DNA of 64,000 nucleotides, taken from NCBI GenBank assembly GCA_951406725.2, contig OX597830.1:4526001-4590000 (forward strand). Direction: 5' to 3'. Shown piece by piece: positions 40,827-54,498 of the stretch. Each line of letters begins with the position of its first letter. The first letter of the stretch is position 1. The notes beneath the pieces were generated by a model, which had not been told where the DNA came from, did no database searches, and saw only the letters and a list, made by a program, of their open reading frames with translations. Origin of the DNA: Octopus vulgaris (taxonomy: Eukaryota). The translations under genes and the position numbers were made by a program.

Positions 40827-41030
40827 TGGCCTAGTGGTTAGGGCAGCGGACTTGCGGTCGGAGGATCGCGGTTTCGATTCCCAGACCGGGCGTTGTGTGT
40901 GTTTATTGAGCGAAAACACCTAAAAGCTCCACGAGGCTCCGGCAGGAGGTGGTGATCCCTGCTGTACTCTTTCACCACTCTAAAAGGCGGTGCTCCAGCA
41001 TGGCCGCAGTCAAATGACTGAAACAAGTAC
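40827..41030 (+). mobile_element. tRNA-derived SINE head (different family) fused to a family A tail
   Basis: A box TGGCCTAGTGG and B box GGTTTCGATTCC, CpG-rich; switches at about 40981 to aaaggcggtgctccagcatggccgcagtcaaatgactgaaacaagta. Confidence 0.75.
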
Positions 41031-41067
<37 letters not shown>

Positions 41068-41133
41068 GACATATATATATACATACATATATATGCATAC
41101 ATATTCTATATATATATATATATACATATAAAT

Positions 41134-41174
<41 letters not shown>

Positions 41175-41189
41175 CACACACATACACAT

Positions 41190-41251
<62 letters not shown>

Positions 41252-42888
41252 TATACTCATCACTTACTTCAGATCTTCCATTTCCAAAAATCTTTTTCTC
41301 CATTCCCTAACATTAAATTAAATACTCTCTCATCTTTCTATTCATTCTTTAACTACATTTCTTCTTTATATTATTGTTATTATTATTATTTTGTTAATGG
41401 TTCTTGCATTTTCTAAGATAAGAATCTAGTTTTTTTTTCTCAATTTTGTAAATCCATTGTGGTCAGATTAGATGTAGAAAAATAAAATTTAAAAAAAAAA
41501 AGACTGAAATAAAAAAAGGTTATCTTATAAATTTCAATCGTTAAATATAATCAATTGTTGTAACAATAATATATTTTTTTGTCCTCTATTCAATCATGTT
41601 ATGTGGTTATTTTACAGCAGCTAACTTGAGAAAATAAATTGCAGCCAACAGCCAACAATACATGCTTGAAATCTGTTGCTGTTGTTGTCTGTGTTTTCTA
41701 TACCACTTTGTAGAATTTATAATGGAATCACCATTGCAATAGTCAGAACATTATGAATCATTGACTTTTATGCTTGTGTGTGCCTGTCCATGAATATCTT
41801 TGGAATTATTGTCACAAGTAGTTGAAGCTGTGTTTGCTGCTATAAATACATGAGACTGACTTATAATGAGAAACCCAACAAAGTATATTACATACCACAC
41901 TGGCCCTGAGACAGTTACTTAAAATATAAACTACAAAACAATACTTAAACACTAAATCTATTACATATTTCCTTGACAAAGCACTGAGCCAATGTTTTTC
42001 TTTCTTTTGTTGGTTTTTTTTTACTTTTTCTCCTCTTCAAAGTATGATGCAATGCATTACCGAAGGCCATGGCATTAATGTATCTGTCCTTATGACATCA
42101 CACAGATCATAGCAAGAAGTAAGAAGAAAATTAATGAAAATAAAATAAATAGCAAAAATAGAAATAAAATCTAAGTGTAAATGGTAATAAGTGAACATAT
42201 TGAAGAATAAATATCTTAGGTTGTTGATAGAAAGACTAAGAAGAGGCCTCTTGTAAAATGAGCAAGATTAAAATAAAACAAGAGCGTGTGTGTGTGCATG
42301 TGTGTGTGTGTATTGATTATTTAGGCAGAAAACAGTAGATATATATATGGGGAGAGGAAATCAGATTGTGTCATATCGATGCTTCTTTTAGTGGATGAAA
42401 AAAAAGAGAGAGAAAGAGCATTAGTAATGTGAGAATTTGCCTTTTTATTTTTTTTATTCCAAGTTTTCTTCAATGACTCTCACCCTGAGTGTAATAAAGA
42501 CAACCAACAGAACAATTTGCCGATAAAGTATCTTTGAATGATGGCCATCTGATATACATTGAGAGACTTGAAATAATATATCTTTTATTTTTGTAAAGAT
42601 TCCTTCTAGATATTTCATTTTGAAGACTAAAGATATTAGATTTATTGTAGTAAGTAGCTTTAACAAATCTTATAACACCTAATGATGGCTTGATAAAGTC
42701 ATATTAAATACATACATAACTGACAATACACCTGACACACTCAATAGCATTGCAATTAAGAGAGTGATACACCTGCTTTATTGAATGCCTTTAACTAAAT
42801 GTTAATCTGCATTTTGCCTTAGTTAGCATCTCTTAAAAATATTTTCCAATAAGCTGTAGCCCCTGTTTCACCTGCAGAACACTTTGGA

Positions 42889-43181
<293 letters not shown>

Positions 43182-43730
43182 ATATTACATTATATAATTA
43201 GGGCTTAGTAAAATAAATTACTTTGCCACATACTGAACTTTCTAGAAATAGCAGCCAAAAAGTTTTTAGCCATTTCCACTACTTTAAGAAAAACTTCTCT
43301 CAGATAATGTTTACTCAAAAATAACTCACGAAGATATGGAGGTAAAAACAGTAAAATATCACAAGTACAAAGATCATTTGAGAACGTCAACGTTTCTAGA
43401 TTAGCCGAAATAAAACTCAGCATTTCTTTCGTCAGCTCAACATTTCTTAATTCTGGATTTGAAAGCACTAAAAATAATGAACATACCCGTCCAACGATGT
43501 ATCACCTCAGACAAACATCTTCAAAACTGCCAGTACTAGCAAGTGGAAATGGCTAAAAACTTTTTGGCTGCTATTTCTAGAAAGTTCAGTATGTGGCAAA
43601 GTAATTTATTTTACTAAGCCCTAATTATATAATGTAATATTTTGAATTCGCCTTAAATGGTCCTTTTACATACTGAACACTACTTGGTGAAATTGATTAA
43701 TAACTAATTAATTTTACCCTGAATTGTTGA
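43182..43730. mobile_element. Penelope-like fold-back insertion: 99-bp arms 43182-43280 and 43542-43640, tail 43641-43730
   Basis: Arms are exact reverse complements by eye; embedded in about 300-bp TA tracts on both sides; hammerhead in the spacer. Confidence 0.8.
43378..43440 (-). ncRNA. Type I hammerhead ribozyme
   Basis: Minus strand: TTGAG-CTGACGA-[AAGAAATGCTGAGTTTTATTTCGGCTAATCTA]-GAAAC-GTTGAC-GTT-CTCAA. It has a 5-bp stem I, an intact core, a near-palindromic stem III AACGT-TG-ACGTT and a GUU site. Stem II closes with an A.A mismatch. Confidence 0.7.
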
Positions 43731-43867
43731 TATATATTTATATATATATATATGTATATATATTTATATATATATATTTATATATATATTTATATATTTA
43801 TATATATATATGTATATATATTTATATATATATGTATATATATTTATATATATATATGTATATATAT

Positions 43868-43955
<88 letters not shown>

Positions 43956-43990
43956 TATGTATATATATATATATACATGTATATATATGC

Positions 43991-44054
<64 letters not shown>

Positions 44055-44060
44055 GTGTGT
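43731..44060. repeat. Long imperfect (TA)n tract
   Basis: Visible TA run, right flank of the 43182 insertion. Confidence 0.97.
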
Positions 44061-45564
44061 GTAAGTATGTATGTAAAATCAAGAGAGAGAGATAGAGAGA
44101 GAATCCATACCAAAAGTAAGATAATAATTTTTAGAAATTTCGAATTGCCAGAGTCCATTGCCTCCTCTTTTATTCCTGATTCCATTTTAGTTCACATTTT
44201 CGTGACTGTATACAACTTTTTTCTGTCCCCCCCTTTTTTTTTGTTTTTATGAAATATGGAGTAGAGGTCTTTTCAGCAGATTTGTAGCACTCTGAATTTT
44301 ACCATATGAAGCCAACAGATTTTTTTTCTTCTTGTTATACATACATGCACATACATGTATATACATATATACATGCACACATCCATACATAGATACATAT
44401 GCATGTATGTATGTACGTACGTACGTATGTATATGTATGCTTAGAATGTATTTTCAGTAGATCAATATTTATCATCCGATGCTAGCATTTACTTTATCAT
44501 AAATATCAGCGTAACCTGTCTTCTTATACTTGTCTGTCACTGATGTATATAATGTGTGTGTGTGCATAATCAAAAAATTTTGCATGTATAATAGATTTCT
44601 AGTCTCTCTACATATATTAGGGTTGTACAGACACAATATAACTATAGACTAGTATCTCCCAGTATGGGTGTCCTTAGATACCCTGTGATTGAAAAAGTTT
44701 GTTGAGGAAAGGGCATGAGCTGTATTTAAAGTTTTAAAGACTGTTGTGTTTACTCTATTATCACTCAGTTATTATTTATAATTAATTATATTTAATTATT
44801 CATAATTATTTAGTTATATCTAGTTTCTCACATGTATCTTATCACATATCTTTTAACAGAGAGGAAGCAGGGAAAATAAGTTTGATCACCTTATTGAGTA
44901 GACAGAATCAATTCTTTTATTTATTTCAGTCATTTTGATGGTGGCCATGCTGGAGCAATTTAAATCCAACAAATCTTTATTCATCAAAAGTATGGATTAT
45001 ATACCAATTATAACTATATACAGTCTAGCCAGGCTGTATCAGTTATAAGTACCTAAATAATTTCTCTCACACCTTTTCTGCAATAATTAACAACATTGTT
45101 TAAAGTCATTTGATGTTGCAAATTGGCGGGGCTGTTACCATGGCAGTGAGCCACTCTGTATTTGTTTTGACATTTGGGGATCATTTCACCACAAAAACGT
45201 TGCCAAGGTCAACTGTATCTTTCATTCTTTCTGGGGTCAATAAAAAAAAGGTACCAATCCAAGACAATGGATTCGTAGAACTCGATGAACATTGGATCAG
45301 GTGCCTTGTGCTGTTCATTCCAGCTTTTAGTGTTCTGCATTCAAATCTCGCCATGACCTTCCCAAGTGGTGAACTTAGTCCATCAGCCTGGCTGTACACC
45401 ATCACTTGGCTCTTCAAGTGCCTTTAGTGAGGTGCTTTCTTATTCAAATCAAACTGGTCAAACATTGCCAATATTTCTGATACTAACAAGAATAAGCTTC
45501 CATTTTAAATTCTCTCAAAATGGAGAATTTTCACACAGAGAGAAAGTTCTGCTGATTAAGTATT

Positions 45565-45788
45565 CAATCCTTCAGCATTGAGATTACTCTCTCAAATGAA
45601 ATGCTTATTCTTTCACATTGTTTTGAATTAATCCCACATTTCATAGCTGTGAGGTTTTGATGATGCAGTTGTTTATTTTTAGAATGACATTGTAGGGTAA
45701 GTGTGAGAGGCTGGATCAAGCTGGCTGGAATGTAAAACAGGCAAACTGTTTGAACTGGATATGGCTGGTTTGAATGCAAAAGAGTTAA
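45565..45788. mobile_element. piggyBac-like MITE family 1
   Basis: Reverse-complement homolog of 13864-14084; ends gaatgcaaaaGAG|TTAA. Confidence 0.65.
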
Positions 45789-47573
45789 GGTGTTATTTCT
45801 TAGGAGACATAACTGAAATTATGAACTGGAATTGCATTTTGTTTTCTAGAAATACGAAAGAAAGTGCAGCATTAACCAGAACATCAACACCCTTATTTTA
45901 TTTGAATGTTGTTAACTGGAACATTGGAACTATTTTCATTTTGTGATTGACCTGTTAGAGTTATAAAGAGCAGCAAAGATGTAGACTCCTGTTTCAAATA
46001 CATAGACAAATATCGAAATTTGGCAATCAATATTATTCCTGTTAACATATGGTAAAATAAAATTTAAAAAAAAAGAAGTCAATAAACATGTTTAGACAAA
46101 TTTTTTTTGTGTGTGCATCGAAGCAGCAGTAGCCATGGCAGCAGTAATATCTGCTGTCACACTTGATTAAATACAAAACAGAACAGCCATGATGCAATTA
46201 GTTCACAGTTGGACTTCGAATCCTTCTGTTTTGTAATATTTTTCTTCTGTTTTTGGTCATGGCTCTTCTGGTGACTGGCAACATTTGAATGCAGGAAAAC
46301 AAAAGGTGTGTAGAACACAATAAAGACAACCATAAGAATGTTTCCCCTTAATATCACTTGAGAAATTAGTTTGATTTCTGAAAGGAAGACAGCCTCTCCT
46401 CCCACCGACACAGAAATGGGTAACAGCTGGTTGTCTTGAAGGCAGATCAGTTCTGCTCCAGCAGCTGGCACCCACTGACTTTTATTTCCTTCTCTCCCCC
46501 TACCTTACTCTCACTTTCCCTCCCTTTACTAACCTTTTCTCCCCTTTCCCCTCTCTCTTTCTTGGGTAGGTCATAATAAAAAAAACATTACAATGTCATT
46601 AAACTCAGCACAAAGGAAAAAAACCAACAAGTAGGTGCTTACAGTTTCTCATTCCACTTTCTCTATTACCCCCTTCTCTCCCTCTCTCTCTCTCCCTCTC
46701 TCCCTCTCTCCTCTCTCTCTCTCTCCCTCTCTCCCTCTCTCTCTCTCTCTCTCTCTTTTCCTTGCATCTTTACCTTTCATTTCCCCACTTCTGATTTTCC
46801 TCTGAAACATTTACCTAGTAAATATTCAGCCACAGGTACTCAGGCTGCTTTTGTTGGTTAAAATAAATGATTATTAGTGTGGCTGTCATTATCATCTCAC
46901 CACAAAGAAAATAATTATCAAATTGTCTCATTAAATCAGGAATATTCTAGCTTCATTTGCATATAATTCCTTGTTGTATTGCAAACTAACACATTTAACA
47001 GTTCTGGTTGCTTCTGGTATCTACTTTAATAAGCTGTGCCTTGTCCTGAGATCTTATTTTAACAACAGGAAATAAAGGTTCCTTTAGATAACATCTTCAT
47101 TGCCAACCATTCTTAGAATTTTGGTTTTGATCCAACACACTTCAAGTTGATTGTGACATCTTCATCTTCAGTTTTGACTAATTTCTCGCCTTAGCCTTAC
47201 CAGATTCACTGACCCCTGCAGCAACAACAACTAACACCCTAACCCTGCGCTTACACTCATTGAAATGTCAAAACTTTCATTAATTAAAATCTAGTCATTT
47301 CACTTACTGCATTAGTTCAACATCAGTTCAGTCTCTATGCTATACACATCCTCCATTTCAATATATTCAGCAGAACTGCTAGCATGCCGGCCAAATTGCT
47401 TAGCAAATATTTCATCTGGCTTTACATTCTACCCAGATCAAATTTGCCTTTCGTCCTTTCAGGGTCAGGGTTAGGGTAAGAACCAGTTGAGCTCTACGAC
47501 CAATGTTATTGACTTACCTCCTCTCTTAAAATTGCTGGTCTTGTGCTCAAAGGATTTTAAACCAATATATTAA

Positions 47574-47795
47574 CCCTTTTGTTACTGTATTTATTTTGAG
47601 ATGCTTTGTGTTTCTTTCAATTAATTTTAAATATAACAAATACTTTAGTAAAATAACTTTGTTATCATTAAGCTAGTGTGAGGAACATGAATTGTGACTA
47701 ATGTTCAGTGGAAGATTTTAATTCAAAACTTATGAAAACAAGACATTTGTACTACAGAGCCAGAGCCGGTTTCAGCCAGGCTGGTAATGAAAGAG
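47574..47795. mobile_element. piggyBac-like MITE family 2 (TTAA target)
   Basis: TTAA|CCCttttgttac...gtaatgaaaGAG|TTAA. Confidence 0.75.
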
Positions 47796-47834
47796 TTAAT
47801 GCAGTGAATGCAGCAGAAGGACAGAATAATTAAG

Positions 47835-48040
47835 GAGACAAGTTGGCTGAAGCGTTAGCAAACCGGGCAAAATGCTTAGCGGCATTTCATCTGTATTTAT
47901 GTTCTGAGTTCAAATTCTGGCAACTTTGCCTTTCATTCCTTTTGGGGTCGATAAATTAAGTACCAGTTGCATACTTCGGTCAGTCTAATTGACTGGACCA
48001 CTCCCACCAAAAATTTCAGGTCTTGTGCTTGGAGTAGTAA
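47835..48040 (+). mobile_element. SINE family B
   Basis: cgttagcaaaccgggcaaaatgcttagcggcatttc...gttcaaattc...ggggtcgataaattaagtaccagttg. Another degenerate copy lies at about 47370-47566. Confidence 0.8.
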
Positions 48041-48210
48041 ATAATATCTAGGCATAATGGTGTAGTGAAGAAATTTGCTTTGCAGACATAAGTTTCTGGG
48101 TTCAATACCACTGTATGTAGGTGTGAAGTGACCAATGCCTTGTGAGGGAAATTTGTTGTACAGACACTGTATGGAAGTTCATCAACGTCATCTCTCTCTC
48201 ACTATCTAAA

Positions 48211-48241
<31 letters not shown>

Positions 48242-48870
48242 TACATTCATACATACACACACACACACATACACATGCACATACACATATAATATATGTA
48301 TATATGTATGTATTGAGAGAGTGAGATATATAGACATACAGAAATGCTCATACATATTTGATTACTAGTTTGTTTAACATCAGTTTTTCTATGTTAGCAT
48401 GGGTTAGATGGGGACATATTTGAGGCAGTATTTTTTGGCCAGACACCCTTCCTGTGAACAACCCATACCTGTTCATCAAGCAAAGCAACTGGTCATGATG
48501 TGAGCAAGGTTCAAATCATGAAGCCATGCAACATCAACATTAACAATACTGGGTTAACCAACCATTTGAGGAGTCACTCAGGGATGATCAGGTGCTACAA
48601 ATTCAATCTGAGACCATCTTCCAGTCATAAAGCAGTGACAAAACTGAATGAAAATAAATGAGGAGGTGCTCTAGCATGGCCATAGTCTTGTGACTGAAGC
48701 CACTAAAAGAATAAAATAAAAGAATGTGTGTGTGCATGTACAAGAGAAAGGGTATTGAGGAGTAATAGAGGGGAGATTGTGTTGAAGAGAGCAGTAGTGG
48801 TTTTGTATTTTCCTGAGCAGACAACTAATAGCTCAGAGTTATTTTTAGTTTAAACAAACTAGGATTGAGA

Positions 48871-48982
48871 TAAATTGGTCTGCCTTAATTTGCATAACAA
48901 TAATGCAAACACAGGAAACATTTAATTAATAAGAGCATTAAATGTTGCCACCCCTTTATGCAAATTAGGGCAGGCTAATTTA
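48871..48982 (+). other. Nested inverted repeat: 27-bp outer stem plus 10-bp inner stem, carrying octamer motifs
   Basis: 48871-48897 pairs with 48956-48982 (three G.U positions on + strand RNA). AACATTTAAT 48917-48926 pairs with ATTAAATGTT 48937-48946. ATTTGCAT/ATGCAAAT lie in the arms. Confidence 0.75.
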
Positions 48983-51146
48983 GTTGTATCTATGCCAGTG
49001 TATTCCATAAATAGTGCTGAACTAATCCTCTCTCTGTAGCCAGGTTGATCTTGTTTCTCTGGTCACAGAGAAAAGAAGAGATACAGTTTGACTGCAGCAT
49101 CTACTTTACACAGTAGCTAAGATGTGGCTTTATTGAATACACATACATACAAACACACACACACAGACATGTATATACACCCACCCCAAAGTTAACCACA
49201 TAATTATCTATCCAGAGATTGTGCATTGCTTCTGTCATGTATATATATGTTAGTGTTAGTGTGTGTGTGTGTGTGTGTGCATACACGCACAAACACACAC
49301 ACATATATATAGACACGTACTGGTATATAATATGTACATAGGTATTTATATATCTTTATACACATATGCGCACTGTCAAACATACAGCAGTTATATGTAA
49401 ACACAGATTGGTAGACAGACATAAATCATTCGTTAGTAAACATATTCTTTATCAGCTTTTTTTTTTAACTCCTAGAAATACATTAATCACAAGAAAAGAC
49501 TTCTGTAGAATCCTGAAGAGAACAATTCCCAACCCTGGTTCTTTGTAAGACGACATCAGATTAATCTCATGAGATCTAACACTACTCACACACACATACA
49601 CACACACATGTATACAATCATCTATCTATCTATCCCTCCCTTCCTTCCTCTTTCTCTTTCTATATATATACACACGTATGTATGTTTGTATTTATGTATG
49701 TATAATTTCTTTGTTCTTTAGGAATAATGAAAGCCACAACCTAAAAAAATAACTGAATGCTATTTTTTTTTGTTAGCAGACTAAATAAGAATTTCCAGTA
49801 GAAATTGAATGTGACAAATATACAGTTTGTTTCCCTCCTGTATAGAGCTTGTCTAGGTTGTAATTGGAAGTATATTGTAATGATGAATGAAAGAATGGCT
49901 GGAAAGAGTTTATTATTGAGAGGAAATGGTGAAATGTGTGTGTTAAGGTGAACACTCCAAGACAGCAAGTGCACAGTGATAGGAGAGCATGTTATTCGTG
50001 AGTGGGGTGAAATAACTCGTGTTGAATAAGCAAATTGGTGAATGGAAAATATAAAGATGAATAAAAACAAATGAATAAAGATAGATTAGACTGAAGATGA
50101 CTAACAATAAGCAGTAGTTAAAACTAAACGATTGGAAATAAGCAGAGATTAAAACTGAGAGAAGTCACAAATATTTAATTGCTGTGAAAAACTTGACACT
50201 TACAAAACTTGATGTCAATTAATTGAAATTTATGTATATACTTACATCTGTTGTTCACATTAACTTGATAATTGGAGAACTGAGAAACCATTGCATTATT
50301 CCAAGCTTAAAAACTACCAAGGCATTTTATGTCAACTTCTATATTTTTTTTTTTCAATATTAAATTGCTGAATTATATATTAAAGTGTCTCCTTACACAC
50401 CATACTTATTTATTGACTCCTGCATTTACCAATTTCCCTTCCTAATTACATCAAAAATTTTTTTATTTCTTCTCAAAAACGTTGGCTTTCTCATGACTTC
50501 ACATATTAAATTCCAATAGTAAGACATTTTATTCTTATATTTAACTTACCGCTCCATTCTTAATGTCCATTTTTTATTTTTATTTTTATAATCATTTATT
50601 AACAACCACTTATCTTTAGTCGGCTTTTATCTTTTCCACTTTTTATATTTTCAGTTTTATTTATATATTTTTTTTTTGCAATCATTTTCAATCATTTGAA
50701 AATTTTGCCATCACTTTTTATCTCTGAATTATTCATCAAAAGTTACCTCCCCCTTTCATTAATAAAGAAGTCCACTGATTATTTTGTAAACTACACGCTA
50801 CATTGATGATGATGACATGCGCATGTGTGTGTGTGTGTGTGTGTGTGTGAATGATTTCAGGCTTTATGCTCCACAAAGGAGCAAAACGGCCAAGAATGTG
50901 AATTTCATTTTAGAAACTTTGCGTGTGAGTGTCTTTGCGAAACAGCTGCATCACCTCTCAGCTGGTATTATTTTGTTTTTATCAGTTGAGTAGACTGAAG
51001 CAATGAGAAATGAAGTATCTTGCTTAAGGATAGAATGTGGTACCTAATACTGGAATAGTGGTCACCAAACCCCAAGACAACAGTCCTGCTAATTAAATTA
51101 GCATGTACTAGCTTGACAACTAACTTGATAATAATAATAATAATAA

Positions 51147-51345
51147 TCCTTTCTACTATAGGCACAAGGCCTGAAATTTTAGGGGAAGGGCTCTAGCTGT
51201 TCACATTGACCCTCGTGTTCCACTGGTACTAATTTTGTCAACCCTGAGAGGATGGAAAGCAAAGTCGACCTCAGTGGAATATGAACTCTGAATGTAAAGC
51301 CAGACAAAGTGCCTCTTTGCATTTCGTCTGGCAAAAGATTCTTCA
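51147..51345 (-). mobile_element. SINE family B
   Basis: tcctttctactataggcacaaggcctgaaattt...ctggtactaattttgtcaaccctgagaggatggaaagcaaagtcgacctc. A second partial copy lies at 51684-51805. Confidence 0.8.
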
Positions 51346-51349
51346 AGCT

Positions 51350-51590
51350 GACACGAAATACAAAGTCCTGGGGATTGAAATCAACATGATACCATCAACT
51401 ATTGGAGCACTAAATCTAATGAAGAAACAACTGGAAATTTAACCAACCATATAAGGTGTAAGATCAATATTCATATAGTTCAGAAGACTACAACTTGGAG
51501 CAGCTTGCAGAGGGTGAAAAGTGCAGTCATTCAATTGACATTTTTGTAGATGCCTCTGGTCTATAGTTCGGATGTGACCCTATAAGGATA
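51350..51590 (+). mobile_element. R4/Dong-like LINE C-terminal relic
   Basis: Broken frames giving KSWGLKST, IPSTIGALNLMKKQLE and INIHIVQKTT, typical of RLE-clade ORF ends. Confidence 0.5.
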
Positions 51591-51639
51591 TAAAGCAACA
51601 AGTAGACAAGAAACAACAACAACAAGAACAACAATCATA

Positions 51640-51671
<32 letters not shown>

Positions 51672-51824
51672 AATAACAATAATAAGCCTTTGTACTATAG
51701 GCATAAAGCCTGAAATTTTGGGGGATTGGAATAGTCGATTGCATCAACCCCAGTGCATAACTGGTACTTAATTTATCAACCCTGAAAGGATAAAGGTGAA
51801 GTCAAACAACAACAACAACAAGCT

Positions 51825-52050
51825 GATTTAAAAGTTGAGATCAAAAGAATGTGGGGGATGTTTGGCAGCAAAAAGGGGAAAGTGATACCAGTCGTTGTGA
51901 AAGCATTAGGTTCATTCCTCAAAAGCCAACATGCCATCGGTCTGCAAATAGTTGGACATCAAGACAAATGTGCGACTGATCCCAAAACCTTTCTCCCTTG
52001 TCATTTCAAATTCTTCAGAAAGTACTTTCTGCCTCAGGACTTTTGTTAAG
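51825..52050 (+). mobile_element. R4/Dong-like LINE C-terminal relic
   Basis: DLKVEIKRMWGMFGSKKGKVIPVVVKALGS matches the DLxxEIxRMW...IPVVxGALG pattern of RLE elements; it follows a (CAA)n run. Confidence 0.7.
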
Positions 52051-52487
52051 ACTTTATAGTTAACTACTGAAACCAATATTTTATATCCATACTGTACAGT
52101 GTAAGTAGTAGTAGTAGTAGTAGTGCTGCTGCTGCTATTTTATTTGATCCACCCACCCCTTCCCCCTTTGTATTATGCTTTTCCTTTGTCAAAGACAGAA
52201 GAGTTTTTTTTTGTTTTTTTTTGCAAAAGGAAATGTTGAAACCTGTTCAATGAGAAGCGAGGAATTCATAAGATATGATCTAAAGTTTCCAACATCTCAT
52301 ATGCTTCCGAATCTTTTTCTACCAAACTCTACTCGTTCTCTATGTTCTTTATAGTTATGTTTCCCATAGAAGTCAAAGTGAATTTTTCTGAGTTTTTTTT
52401 TTGCTCTTTTGTTTTACTTTTGCAAAAAAGTCTGGAAGGAAAAAAAGTGATAAAAGAATGAAAAATATTGAGTGAAAGATGCACAAA

Positions 52488-52775
52488 GGAGAGAGAGAGG
52501 ATGGGGTCAGGAGAGAGAGAGAGAGGAGGGTAAGGAGAGAGGATAGGGTAAGGAAAGAGAGAAAGGGTAAGGAAAGAGAGAGGAGAGTAAGGAGAGAGGA
52601 TGGGGTAAGGAGAGAGGATGGAGTCAGGAGAGAGAGAGAGGAGGGTAAGGAGAGAGGATGGGGTAAGGAAAGAGAGAAAGGGTAAGGAAAGAGAGAGGAG
52701 AGTAAGGAGAGAGAGGAGAGTAAGGAGAGAGAGAGAGTAAAGAGAGATAGAAGAAGAAGAAGAAGAAGAAGAAAG
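52488..52775. repeat. Purine-rich minisatellite with an internal duplication of about 100 bp
   Basis: Units like GTAAGGAGAGAGAGGA; 52495-52598 is repeated at 52612-52713. Confidence 0.85.
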
Positions 52776-53968
52776 TAAAGAAGACATAAAATAGAGTAAT
52801 AGAAAGTATGAAGGTTGAAAAAAATTTAAGAAAAGAGGAGGAAAGAGAGAGAAGAATAGAGAAAGAGTGAGAAAGAGAGAGGAAGAGAGATGGAGAGAGA
52901 GAGAGAGGGGGTGAAATGAAGCATAATAGGAGAGTGTCTGAGATAGTGATTTGGCTGAAAGTAAAATGGGTGTGGAAAGTTGAGAGGAATACAATAATAG
53001 GTTAATAGAGTTGGGTGAAAGGATTCGAAAGAAAATAGCAAACCTCAAATTTTCACTGACTGCCTGCAGATAGGAAAGAGGAAATCCTTTATAGATTTTC
53101 ATGATCATTGCTTTATTGTTTAATTCTTGAAGTTAATCTTTAGATAATGCTAAGGAATGTAACGGACTTCCAATTGTAATAGCTGCAGCAGAGTATATAA
53201 CGAGAGCGAGAGAGAGAGAGCAAATTCTATCGTTGCGTGTAGAAAATTTCAATAAAGAGGTTGAAGTGGGATGAGGTGGGGGGATTAAGAAAGAAAACAA
53301 AAGCGGAAATGTTTTTGAAATGTGCAAAATTAATATTTATATTGTGTTTGAATATTTTAATTTTTCTTTAAATATAATAACATAAAGGCAATTCTAGAGT
53401 TCGGTATGTGACTGAATGAATGCTTGTATCCACAATTTCTCTTGCCATATTCCACATAAAATGGATTTCAATGGATTTCATAAATCTGTTTGTCTGTCTC
53501 TGCTTGTTCCACTATATTCTACATTATCTTTGACAGAAGGCAACTTAAATTATCCTTCTGTGTGCTCATTCTCAAATATGCCTACGTAAACTAGATTTGG
53601 CATGTGGATGTGTATATGATAAGCACTATGTAAACAGAACAAAATTTATAATGATCCACCACTACATACAAATGCCCATACTAACTCTAAAGAACATGTG
53701 CCTTCTCTTATTTTATGCTTTATTCAAGGATGTCACGAAGAGTATATTAACTTAATAAACATGACATTAATAAACATGAACCAATGAAGCACCCTCTACA
53801 TCACAGCTGGAACACCTGCTAGATATAGCAGCTAAATTTCTCTCATATCACACTGTAACAAGAGATATGCAGTTTAATGGAGCAGAGAGTGTCTGAGAGA
53901 ATATATAATGATCATGGCTTGAACGATATTATCATAGATTAGCAGGACTGACCCCCCCACCCACCCAG

Positions 53969-54185
53969 GCTAGGTAGCGAGCTGGCAGAAATGTTAGCAT
54001 GCCGGCTGAAATTCTTAATGGTATTTCGTCTGTCTTTATGTTCTGAGTTCAAATTCTACTGAGGTCAACTTTGTCTTTAATCTTCTCAGGGTCGATAAAT
54101 TAAGTACCAGTTGCATACTGGGGTTGATCTAATCAATTGACCCCTCCATAAAAATTTCGGGCCTTGTGCCAAGAGTAAGAAAGGA
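53969..54185 (+). mobile_element. SINE family B, near full length
   Basis: ggtagcgagctggcagaaatgttagcatgccgg...gttcaaattc...gggtcgataaattaagtaccagttg...gggccttgtgcc. Confidence 0.85.
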
Positions 54186-54498
54186 CTGACCCCTAGGTTA
54201 AACAGCAACATCAAACTATTTTCTGAACATTTTAATGAAATAAACCTCATTTTGTTCAAGAAAAGAGTAAATAAACTTCTAGAAGAACATGACACAAATG
54301 TCTAAAGATATATTAGTACTTGGAAAAAATTTGAATTCTTTAACGATATCAGTATATGTCAACAGATAAATTCTAGCTTAACAAAGCTTTGCATTTGCCA
54401 GCAAATTTATTATTTTCTGTTTACATATGAGAATGGCAGTTCTCAGTGGGTTGTGAATGACAGATTCAGTATCTGTTGCTGATGAGGAATAAAAACAC

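Noticed and set aside
40827-40895. tRNA gene candidate
   Set aside because: A and B boxes are present but there is no complete cloverleaf or acceptor stem, and it continues into SINE body sequence.
43205-43468. 87-aa ORF inside the fold-back element
   Set aside because: It overlaps the hammerhead and an arm, and has no RT or GIY-YIG motifs; a chance open frame.
46157-46475. 104-aa non-repetitive minus-strand ORF
   Set aside because: Non-ATG start, no recognisable domain and no supporting splice structure.
47230-47476. CCCTAACCC and GGGTTAGGG telomere-like words
   Set aside because: Only one or two units each; not an interstitial telomeric array.
50091-50135. CTGAAGA followed by a small stem (hammerhead-like)
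   Set aside because: No GAAA and no stem I/III pairing. Similar incomplete cores at 15351, 19561, 49513, 54479 and 34178 (-) were also rejected.
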